Shown piece after piece: positions 19,132 to 26,675 of a stretch of 64,000 bases of DNA. The DNA is from Rhodanobacteraceae bacterium (GTDB taxonomy: Bacteria; Pseudomonadota; Gammaproteobacteria; Xanthomonadales; Rhodanobacteraceae), in the NCBI GenBank assembly GCA_004299555.1, contig SCQU01000028.1, positions 5,375 to 69,374 of the forward strand, in the 5' to 3' direction. Made by a program: the position numbers and the translations under genes. The notes beneath the pieces were generated by a model. The model was not told where the DNA came from. It worked only from the letters and a program-made list of their open reading frames with translations, and made no database searches. How positions within the stretch are numbered: position 1 is the first letter of the stretch; each line of letters starts with the position of its first letter.

Positions 19132-20034
19132 ATGAAGAAAGATTTCTGGAGCACGGTGGCGCTGGTACTCATCGTCGCGGCGTGCCTGTATGCCTGGTAC
19201 AAGACCGCCGATTTTGCGCTGGCGCTGGTGCTCATCACCGCCGCGTTCTTCGTGATCTGGCTGGTGGATCGCCTGACGTTTGCACGCCGGCGCAAGCTCA
19301 ACGCCGCGGCTACGGGCGAGAAGCCGCACGATCCGGTACTGGTCGACTACGCGCGCTCGTTTTTCCCGGTCATCCTGGCGGTGCTGGTGTTCCGCACCTT
19401 CCTGCTGGAGCCGTTCCGGATTCCCTCGGGATCGATGATGCCCACCTTGCGCGTCGGTGATTTCGTGCTGGTCAACAAGTTTGCCTACGGCCTGCGCCTG
19501 CCGGTCACCAATACGAAGGTTCTCGATACCGGTGAACCCAAGCGCGGTGACATCGCGGTGTTTCGCTATCCGTTGAACCCGAAAGAGGACTACATCAAGC
19601 GCATCGTGGGGCTGCCGGGCGACACCATCAAGGTGGTCGGCGAGCAGCTGTATGTGAACGGCAAACCGGCACCGCAGACGCTGGTCGGGCCGTACCGCGG
19701 CGAGGACAAGGTCAGCCTGCGGATGGAAGAAAACCCGAACATGGCGCCGGTGATGCTGTATGCGGAGGACCTTGCCGGGGTCAAGCACCAGACGCTGCAC
19801 TTCAGGTACATCGAAAGCTACAACTGCTTTGGCTCGGGCGGCAGCCTGGTGGCGGAGGGCGGCTGCGAGTGGAAGGTGCCCAGGGGCGAATACTTCGCGA
19901 TGGGCGACAACCGCGATGACAGCGCCGACAGCCGTTTCTGGGGCTTCGTGCCAGAACGAAACCTGGCCGGCAAGGCGTTCTTCATCTGGTTCAGCCTTGC
20001 CAATTGGCACCGGATCGGCACCGTGCTGCACTGA
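19132..20034 (+). CDS. lepB: Signal peptidase I
   Basis: Two N-terminal TM segments, the catalytic Ser box IPSGSMMPTL, the Lys box YIKRIVGLPGD and GDNRDDSADSR are present. Confidence 0.9.
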   Translation: MKKDFWSTVALVLIVAACLYAWYKTADFALALVLITAAFFVIWLVDRLTFARRRKLNAAATGEKPHDPVLVDYARSFFPVILAVLVFRTFLLEPFRIPSGSMMPTLRVGDFVLVNKFAYGLRLPVTNTKVLDTGEPKRGDIAVFRYPLNPKEDYIKRIVGLPGDTIKVVGEQLYVNGKPAPQTLVGPYRGEDKVSLRMEENPNMAPVMLYAEDLAGVKHQTLHFRYIESYNCFGSGGSLVAEGGCEWKVPRGEYFAMGDNRDDSADSRFWGFVPERNLAGKAFFIWFSLANWHRIGTVLH

Positions 20035-20123
20035 CTTCCGCTATTCTGTCCGCGCGCAGGCAAATCGGCCGGCGCCGCGCAGGTCCGGAGTGGGCTTTCA
20101 ACCTGACAGCTGGGGGCGGTTCC

Positions 20124-20507
20124 ATGAAACGTCAATCGGGCATTACCCTGATCGGATTCGTGATCATCCTGATCGTTGCCGCGTTCTTCGTCTATACCGC
20201 GATGAAACTGGTGCCGCCCTACATGGACTACCTGAACGTGTCCAAGGCGCTGAGTACGGTCGCCACCCAATCGACATCCGGCAGCCTGACCGTGCCCGAA
20301 GTGCAGCGTGCGCTGCAGACCCAGCAGATCACGCAGTATTTCGGCGACGCCGACATTGCCGGCAACAATATTTCGGTGGCAACCGTGCCGAACGGCGGCA
20401 CGGTGTTGAAGCTCGTTTATGACAAGAAGGTGCATTGGCTCTACAACATCGATTTCCTCATCCACTTCGAGAAGTCGGTGCCGCTGAAGTTGCAGTCGCA
20501 GGGGTGA
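20124..20507 (+). CDS. DUF4845-like small membrane-anchored protein
   Basis: MKRQSGITLIGFVIILIVAAFFVYTAMKLVPPYMDYLNV. It occupies the conserved position between lepB and rnc. Confidence 0.7.
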   Translation: MKRQSGITLIGFVIILIVAAFFVYTAMKLVPPYMDYLNVSKALSTVATQSTSGSLTVPEVQRALQTQQITQYFGDADIAGNNISVATVPNGGTVLKLVYDKKVHWLYNIDFLIHFEKSVPLKLQSQG

Positions 20508-20508
20508 C

Positions 20509-21156
20509 GTGAAGCTCGGCTATCGATTCGCCGACGAATCCCTGCTGCGACTTGCCCTGACGCATCGCAGTGCGGGGCACCCGAACAACGAGCGCCTGGA
20601 ATTTCTCGGCGACGCCCTGGTGAACCTGGTGGTGGCCGAGATGCTGTTTGATGCGCGGCCGGATGCCAGCGAAGGTGAGATGTCGCGGCTGCGTTCGCAG
20701 CTGGTCAGCGAGCCGGCACTGGCCGAGCGTGCGCGCGAACTGCACCTGGGCGACGTGCTGCAACTGGGCTCCGGTGAGCTCAAGAGCGGTGGTTACCGGC
20801 GCGACTCGATCCTGTCCGACGCGTTCGAGGCGCTGGTGGCGGCCATCCACCGTGATGGCGGCTTCAGCGCGTGCCAGGCGTGGCTGCACAAGGTGTTCGC
20901 GCGCCCGTTGGCCGGGGTTGGGCCGGCCCGGAAAGATCCCAAGACGCGTCTGCAGGAGTGGTTGCAGGGCCATGGTTTGCCGCTGCCCCGTTATGAATTG
21001 GTGGCCGAAACCGGTGAAGAACACGCGCGGCAGTTCGACGTGGCGTGCGTACTGGAGCAGCCGCCGGGCCGGTTCGAGGGGCAGGGCGGCAGCCGGCGCG
21101 CGGCGGAGCAAATGGCCGCCGGGGTTGCGCTGGAACGGGTGGGCAAGCATTCCTGA
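20509..21156 (+). CDS. rnc: Ribonuclease III
   Basis: GTG start. The signature NERLEFLGDALVNLVVAE and a dsRBD C-terminus are present. Confidence 0.9.
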   Translation: MKLGYRFADESLLRLALTHRSAGHPNNERLEFLGDALVNLVVAEMLFDARPDASEGEMSRLRSQLVSEPALAERARELHLGDVLQLGSGELKSGGYRRDSILSDAFEALVAAIHRDGGFSACQAWLHKVFARPLAGVGPARKDPKTRLQEWLQGHGLPLPRYELVAETGEEHARQFDVACVLEQPPGRFEGQGGSRRAAEQMAAGVALERVGKHS

Positions 21157-21223
21157 CCGATGGGCATCCGGCGAACGGCCCTGCGGGGCCGGATCGTTTG
21201 GCAACAGCAGTGAACCGAGGCAT

Positions 21224-22120
21224 ATGGCAAGTCAAACCTTCCGTTGCGGCAGCGTCGCCATCGTTGGCCGTCCCAACGTCGGCAAGTCGACGTTGTTGAA
21301 TGCATTGCTCCAGGCCCACCTGTCGATCGTGACCCAGCGGGCGCATACCACGCGGCAACGCATCCTCGGCATCGCCAACGTGGAAGGCGGGCAGATCCTG
21401 TATCTCGATACGCCGGGCCTGGGCGGTGGCGCCAGGCATGCGCTCAACCGCAGCCTGAACCGTGCGGTGCACGCGGCAATCCAGGACGCCGACGTGGCGG
21501 CGCAGGTGGTTGCCGCCGCGCATTGGGACGCTGAAGACGCCGCGGTGTATGCGGCGCTGGCCGAGCGCGGCATTCCGCGCCTGCTCGTCGTCAACAAGGT
21601 CGACTGTGTTCCCGACAAGACCCGGCTGCTGCCGTTCGTGGAGGGGCTGGCGCGCGAGCGGACCTGGGATGAGGTGTTTCTGGTCAGTGCGGCCAAGCGT
21701 TCGGGGCTGCCCGCCCTCGAAGCCGCCCTGCTCGCACGCCTGCCGGCCGGTGCAGCGCGCTATGACAGCGACAGCTACACCGACCGCAGCGAGCGCTTTC
21801 TTGCGGGCGAGCTGGTGCGCGAACAGGTGATGCGCCAGTTGGGCGAGGAATTGCCGTATGCGACCACGGTCGAAATCGAGCGCTTCGAGGATCGACGCGA
21901 CGGCGTGACCGAAATCGCCGCGGTGGTGTGGGTCGAGCGCGAGGGCCAGAAGGCCATCGTGATCGGGGCCGGCGGGCGCCGCGCCAAGGCAATTGGCAGC
22001 GCGGCACGGCGCAGCATCGAGGCACTGCTCGAACGCAAGGTGTTCCTCAAGCTGTGGGTACGCGTGCGCGCAGGCTGGTCCGACGATGAGGCGGCACTGA
22101 AGCAGTTTGGTTACGAGTGA
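21224..22120 (+). CDS. era: GTPase Era
   Basis: MASQTFRCGSVAIVGRPNVGKSTLLNAL, DTPG, NKVD and a KH domain C-terminus are present. The 490-aa listed ORF over-extends 5'. Confidence 0.95.
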   Translation: MASQTFRCGSVAIVGRPNVGKSTLLNALLQAHLSIVTQRAHTTRQRILGIANVEGGQILYLDTPGLGGGARHALNRSLNRAVHAAIQDADVAAQVVAAAHWDAEDAAVYAALAERGIPRLLVVNKVDCVPDKTRLLPFVEGLARERTWDEVFLVSAAKRSGLPALEAALLARLPAGAARYDSDSYTDRSERFLAGELVREQVMRQLGEELPYATTVEIERFEDRRDGVTEIAAVVWVEREGQKAIVIGAGGRRAKAIGSAARRSIEALLERKVFLKLWVRVRAGWSDDEAALKQFGYE

Positions 22121-22123
22121 GTC

Positions 22124-22843
22124 ATGCGGGTCACGGCCCAGCCGGCCTATGTGTTGCACACGCAGGCCTGGCGCGAAACCAGCCTGCTGGTGGAGGCCTT
22201 CACCCGCGACTTTGGCCGCGTCGGGCTGGTGGCGCGTGGCGTGCGCGGCGCACGCAAGCGCCTGTCGCGCTCGGCGCTGGAACCCTTGCAGGCCCTGCGC
22301 CTGGATTGGTCCGGCCGCGGCGAACTGCAAACGCTGGGTGCGGCCGAGCCCGATGGCCTGCCCTGCGCGTTGCGTGGGGATCGCCTGTTGTCGGCGCTGT
22401 ATGTCAATGAGTTGATGGTGCGCCTGACCGCGCGCAACGACGCGAACGCATGGCTGTTTGGCCGTTACGCGGCGCTGCTCGCGGACCTGCCGGTAGTACC
22501 GGCGCCGGGGTGGCGCCTGCGCTGTTTTGAACGCGACCTCATGACGGCGTTGGGGTATGCCATGCAACTGGATACCGTGGCCGACACCGGTGCGCCGGTC
22601 GCCGCGGCTGCCTGGTATGACTATGTACCCGAGCAGGGGCCGGTGGCTGCCGGTGCTGCCGCGCAGGGGGTCCGGCTGCGCGGCAGTGCGTTGCTGGCGC
22701 TCGCGAATGCCGGGGATACGCCGCCCGGCGCGGAGGACCTGGCCGCGCTGCGGCGGCTGATGCGGATGCTGATCGTCAATCTTGCCGGCCGGCGCGGGCT
22801 GGAGTCGTGGCGGGTGCTGGCCGAGTCGGCGCGCGTCAACTGA
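22124..22843 (+). CDS. recO: DNA repair protein RecO
   Basis: MRVTAQPAYVLHTQAWRETSLLVEAFTRDFGRVGLVARGVRG is the OB-fold N-terminus. Synteny is rnc-era-recO. Confidence 0.9.
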   Translation: MRVTAQPAYVLHTQAWRETSLLVEAFTRDFGRVGLVARGVRGARKRLSRSALEPLQALRLDWSGRGELQTLGAAEPDGLPCALRGDRLLSALYVNELMVRLTARNDANAWLFGRYAALLADLPVVPAPGWRLRCFERDLMTALGYAMQLDTVADTGAPVAAAAWYDYVPEQGPVAAGAAAQGVRLRGSALLALANAGDTPPGAEDLAALRRLMRMLIVNLAGRRGLESWRVLAESARVN

Positions 22844-23570
22844 GGTCCCCACCGTCGCCGTTCAGTTGCGCGTGAAGCGCGGTGCGGGTATCGCGCAGCG
22901 CCTGTGCAAAAGCCTTGAGCGCGGCATCGAGGCGGGTGCCGTCGGCGTGGTTCGCCAACGCTCCGTGCAGCGTGGCCGCCGCGCCGGCCAGCGCGGCGGC
23001 GCCGCAGAAACCGCAGGACGCGCGCAGGCGGTGCAGGGTCGGGCGCAGGGCGGCGTGGTTGTCGCCGTGCTGGTCGAATTCGTGCTGCACGCGCGGCAGC
23101 TCCTGCTCCGCGAACAGCCGCCGCAGGTGTTCGACCGCGGCCGCCGAACCGCAGGCGCGCAGCGCGTCCTCGTCGTCCAGCGCCGCGGGCCGGCAGCCGT
23201 GGCGGCGCAACGCGGCCTGCAGGGTCTCCAGCGCCAGCGGCTTGGGCAACACTTCGGCGAATCCGGCGCGGAGAAGCCGTGCGCGCACGCTGTCGGGATC
23301 GGCGGTGGTGGCAAGCGCGGGCGGAAAGGCGGCGCGCGCCGGGTCACGGTGCAGGGCAGCCAGCAACGCATCCCCGTCGAGACCGGGCAGGTGCTGGTCC
23401 AGGATCAGCAATTGCCAATGGCCTTCACGTGCGCGGGCGAGCGCCGTTGGTCCGTCGGCGCAGGCCGTGGGCTCGCCGCCGCTGGCGCGGATCGCTGCAC
23501 ACAAAAACGCCTGGCTGACCGGGTCGTCCTCGGCCAGCAATACGCGATACCTTCCGGCTTCCTTGTCCAT
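22836..23570 (-). CDS. Response-regulator receiver domain fused to an Hpt phosphotransfer domain
   Basis: The REC domain reads RVLLAEDDPVSQ...LLILDQHLPGLDG...LPKP. The C-terminal Hpt-like motif is HRLRASCGFCGA (HxxKG-type). The 3' end overlaps the recO 3' end by 8 nt (convergent). Confidence 0.75.
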   Translation of the reverse strand: MDKEAGRYRVLLAEDDPVSQAFLCAAIRASGGEPTACADGPTALARAREGHWQLLILDQHLPGLDGDALLAALHRDPARAAFPPALATTADPDSVRARLLRAGFAEVLPKPLALETLQAALRRHGCRPAALDDEDALRACGSAAAVEHLRRLFAEQELPRVQHEFDQHGDNHAALRPTLHRLRASCGFCGAAALAGAAATLHGALANHADGTRLDAALKAFAQALRDTRTALHAQLNGDGGDLS

Positions 23571-23807
23571 CGCCGGTCTCCTGTGGCGAATTCCGTTTGG
23601 TGCCGGCCGCTCGTTGCTGTTCCTGGCCCGGCACCGGTGTGTCCTGCGTCGTGGATCGGGCGTAGCACCGCTTTGAAACGTGCAGTCACCCCGATCGTCG
23701 TTCCGCGAAGCAATGCCGACAACGGCGGGTGGCGCCGGCGCTTCCTTAGCTGCCGTTCGGCCACGCGCTGGCACAATCCCACGCAAGTGTCATTGAAAAG
23801 GGTCATC

Positions 23808-25832
23808 GTGGCAAGTTGGCGCCCTTGGCTGGTGGCGGTAGGCCTGTTGCTGAGCTGTGCGTCAGCGACAGCGGCCGTGCGCCTGCAAGCGGCGACCCTG
23901 AGCTTGCCCGGCGTGGAGCTGGCGGAGGTCCACGCGGACGCGACGGTGGCCGCCGACGGCCGCCTGGCATTGCATCTTGATGCGGCAAAGGTGTCCATTC
24001 CGGCGCTTGGCTGGCGCAACGTCGGGTTGACCCTCGATGGTCAGCCGCAGCGCACGGATGGCGGCACCTGGAAGCTGGTCGGGCAGGTCACGACGCGCGG
24101 CGCACCCGGCGGTGCGCTGGCCGCGGCCCGGCTGGAGGTACTGCTGGATCCCACCGGGGGGACACTTACGCTGAGTGTGGCCCAGGGTGGCAGCAGCCTC
24201 GAGGCGTTGCTGCCGCTCGACCAGGCTTCGCATGTGCAGCTGCAGTTGACGGGCGTGCCCTTGGCCTGGCTGCGCGGGGTGCTGGCGGCGGCGTGGCCGG
24301 CCGGCCAGCTCAAGGGCGGTCGCATTACCGGCACGGCGGCGCTCGATCTGGCGGCCGGCGACACGCGCGCCTCGGGGCGGGTCAGCATCACCGGGGCGGA
24401 CCTCGACAGCCAGGGTGGCACCATGGCCGCGCAAAAGCTGGGCGCGGAAGGCACCTTCAGGTTCGATACCGGACCTGCGGCGAGCGTGATGTTCGATGGC
24501 CAGTTGCGCGGCGGACAGCTGTTGCTGGGGCCGTTGTATGCACAACTGCCGAAGTACGCCGTGGGGTTGCACCTTGCCGGCGGCATCGGGCCGGCCGGGG
24601 TGACCCTCGATTCGCTCGATTTCGATGACCCGACCGCGCTGCGGCTGGCCGGCAGCCTGGCCTTTGACGCGCATGGCGCGCTCGATAAGCTGGACCTCAA
24701 CCAGTTTGCTGCGACCTTTCCGGCGGCCTATGCCCGCTACGGAACGTCGTTGGTGCAAAGCCTGACCGGACTCACGGCGTTGACGACCGCGGGCAGCGTC
24801 AAGGGCTCGCTTGCCATCGGCCACGATGGCCCGCGCGCCATCGACCTCACCGCGCGTGACCTGACCCTGGGCGGTGGCGCCGGCACGCTGCAGATCGCCG
24901 GTCTGGATGGCCGGCTCGACTGGCGCGCGGGGGCATCGCGCGCGCCAACGCACCTCCAGTGGGATGCGTTGTCGCTGTATCGCGTGGCCCTTGGGCCAGC
25001 CAGGCTGGCCCTCGAAGATGCCAATGGCACGCTGAAACTGCGGGCGCCGGTCAATGTCGGCGTGTTCGGCGGCAACCTGCAGCTTGGCCGGTTTGCCTGG
25101 CGGCCGGACGGCGGCGCGGCGCCGCGGCTGTCCGCGTCGTTGGCGGTGACCGGGGTGGACCTTGGTGCCTTGTGCAAGGCGCTGGGGTGGCCGGCGTTCG
25201 CCGGCCAGCTGGGTGGTGCGGCGCCCGAGGTGACCTACCGCAAGGGTGAGCTGGTCTTCGGCGGCGGTCTGTCGATGGACGTGTTCGGCGGGTCGGTCAG
25301 CGTGACCGGTCTGCGCCTGCAACACCTGTTTGGCACCGCACCCGAGCTGGCCGCCGATGTGGGCATGCACCAGCTCGATCTGGCGCAATTGACCGGTGTG
25401 TTCGACTTTGGCCGGATCACCGGGCGCATGGATGGCGCCATCCGCGGACTGCAGATGGTCAACTGGAAACCGACGGCGTTTGCCGCCAGCCTGACGGCAG
25501 ATTCGGGCGGCAAGATCAGCCAGGACGCCATCAAGAGCTTGACCGAAGTGGGCGGGGGCGGGATCGCAGGCGGCCTGCAAAGCATGGCGCTGCGGCTGTT
25601 CAAGACCTTTGACTATGCCCGTATCGGCCTCAGCTGCACGCTGGCCGACGGGGTGTGCAGCATGGCCGGGATTGTGCCGGATCCGGACGCTGACGATCAG
25701 GGTTATACGATCGTGCAAGGCAGTGGCCTGCCGCACATCACGGTCATCGGTCACCAGCGCTCGGTAGACTGGGCTACGCTGGTGAGCCGCGTTGAAGCCG
25801 TCACCAAGGGCAGTGCACCGGTCATCCGGTGA
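23808..25832 (+). CDS. YdbH-like AsmA-superfamily intermembrane lipid-transport protein
   Basis: The GTG start gives VASWRPWLVAVGLLLSCASATAA (anchor/signal). A long beta-rich repeat body follows. The C-terminal block DFGRITGRMDGAIRGLQMVNWKPTAFAASL...GGKISQDAIKSLTEVGGGG...FDYARIGLSCTLADGVCSMAG matches my memory of the YdbH/DctA-YdbH family. Confidence 0.7.
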   Translation: MASWRPWLVAVGLLLSCASATAAVRLQAATLSLPGVELAEVHADATVAADGRLALHLDAAKVSIPALGWRNVGLTLDGQPQRTDGGTWKLVGQVTTRGAPGGALAAARLEVLLDPTGGTLTLSVAQGGSSLEALLPLDQASHVQLQLTGVPLAWLRGVLAAAWPAGQLKGGRITGTAALDLAAGDTRASGRVSITGADLDSQGGTMAAQKLGAEGTFRFDTGPAASVMFDGQLRGGQLLLGPLYAQLPKYAVGLHLAGGIGPAGVTLDSLDFDDPTALRLAGSLAFDAHGALDKLDLNQFAATFPAAYARYGTSLVQSLTGLTALTTAGSVKGSLAIGHDGPRAIDLTARDLTLGGGAGTLQIAGLDGRLDWRAGASRAPTHLQWDALSLYRVALGPARLALEDANGTLKLRAPVNVGVFGGNLQLGRFAWRPDGGAAPRLSASLAVTGVDLGALCKALGWPAFAGQLGGAAPEVTYRKGELVFGGGLSMDVFGGSVSVTGLRLQHLFGTAPELAADVGMHQLDLAQLTGVFDFGRITGRMDGAIRGLQMVNWKPTAFAASLTADSGGKISQDAIKSLTEVGGGGIAGGLQSMALRLFKTFDYARIGLSCTLADGVCSMAGIVPDPDADDQGYTIVQGSGLPHITVIGHQRSVDWATLVSRVEAVTKGSAPVIR

Positions 25833-25927
25833 GGGCCGCGCGATGCCAGCGGAGCGCCGCTGGCGCCGTGTACACTTCGATGTGGTTGGCGGCACTGCCG
25901 CATTCGGGCAGGTAACGGAGGTTCGTG

Positions 25928-26551
25928 ATGCGCAAGTCGATGTTTGCCCTCGCTGCCACGCTGGCGCTGCTGGCCGGCTGCGTGACCATCAACGTGTACT
26001 TCCCGGCCGCAGCGGCGCAAAAAGCGGCGGACAAGATCATCGGCAATATCCTTGGGCCGGATGCCCAGGACGCGGCGCCCGCGCCTGCGGCCAGCGTGCC
26101 GCCGGCGGCATCCAGCGTGAACCCGGCGCGCCCCGAGCCGCTGGCGCTGCGGCTGCTGAATGCGGCGCTTCCAACCGCCGCCGCCGCCGAGCCCGAACCC
26201 AACCTCGAGGTACAGACGCCCGCCATCGAAGCCATCGAGGCGCGGATGCGCGCGCGGTTCAAGACCGTGCTCAAGGGCCTGCTGGATTCGGGCGCCGTGG
26301 GTTTTGCCCACAACGGCAACGTCGCGGTGCATGACGCGGCCCGGGTGCCCCTGGCGCAGCGCGCGCAGGTCAAGCAGACGATTGCCGCCGAGAACAGCGA
26401 CCGGGCGGAGCTGTACAAGCAAATTGCGGTTGCCAACGGGCATCCCGAGTGGGCGCAGCGCATGCGCGAAGCCTTCGCTTCGCAGTGGATCAGCCGCGCG
26501 CGGGCCGGCTGGTACTACCAGGATGCCGCGGGCAACTGGCGGCGCAAGTAG
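25928..26551 (+). CDS. Lipoprotein with a YnbE-like N-terminal strand, a Pro/Ala linker and a YdbL (DUF1318) domain
   Basis: GGAGG lies 6 nt before ATG 25928. The lipobox is LLAG|C. The mature N-terminus is CVTINVYFPAAAAQKAADKI. A linker of roughly 60 aa rich in A and P follows. The C-terminal ...AENSDRAELYKQIAVANGHPEWAQRMREAFASQWISRARAGWYYQDAAGNWRRK is DUF1318-like. Confidence 0.65.
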   Translation: MRKSMFALAATLALLAGCVTINVYFPAAAAQKAADKIIGNILGPDAQDAAPAPAASVPPAASSVNPARPEPLALRLLNAALPTAAAAEPEPNLEVQTPAIEAIEARMRARFKTVLKGLLDSGAVGFAHNGNVAVHDAARVPLAQRAQVKQTIAAENSDRAELYKQIAVANGHPEWAQRMREAFASQWISRARAGWYYQDAAGNWRRK

Positions 26552-26675
26552 GGGCGGTTGCGGGCAGCGAACGCGCGCGCCCGGCGGCCAAGGCCGCAAT
26601 TGCTGCGGCGCGCATTGACGTGGCCGGTTCGGGCGCGGAACATCAAGCCGGTTCCTGCGCGAGGGGGATGAGGAT

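Noticed and set aside
18154-20031. A 625-aa ORF on the minus strand. Similar very long ORFs occur at 20864-22852(-), 23862-25895(-), 32604-34859(+), 37635-39455(+), 43640-45481(+), 45364-47085(-), 48030-49718(-), 41122-42399(+), 8734-10416(+) and elsewhere.
   Set aside because: Each lies antisense to, or out of frame with, a confidently identified conserved gene (lepA/lepB, rnc/era/recO, the ydbH-like gene, metH/sahR, rsmA/pdxA, the pepP-like gene, pyrG, kdsA/eno, lptD, the multicopper oxidase). Their translations are Arg/Ala/Gly/Pro-rich with no motifs. Stop-poor alternative frames are expected at this GC content.
20124-20507. The DUF4845-like protein as a type IV pilin or pseudopilin (N-terminus ...QSG|ITLIGFVIILIV).
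   Set aside because: The conserved Glu5 of the mature pilin is replaced by Gly. No pilus genes are nearby, and the gene occupies the conserved lepB-rnc slot seen in many gammaproteobacteria.
20648-21223. The 5' extension of the listed 490-aa ORF ahead of era.
   Set aside because: It overlaps rnc out of frame. Era's conserved N-terminus (MASQTFRCGSVAIVGRPNVGKST) begins at ATG 21224.
23769-23785. A sigma-54-like promoter, TGGCAC-aatcc-cacgca, about 35 bp upstream of the ydbH-like start.
   Set aside because: The -12 element is poor (cacGCa rather than TTGCA), the GG-to-GC spacing is off by one, and there is no enhancer-binding protein nearby. The evidence is too weak to annotate.
22782-23807. 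The 5' part of the 1016-aa ORF preceding the ydbH-like gene.
   Set aside because: It runs antisense to the REC-Hpt gene and has no motifs. A signal/anchor sequence begins at GTG 23808, which I take as the real start.
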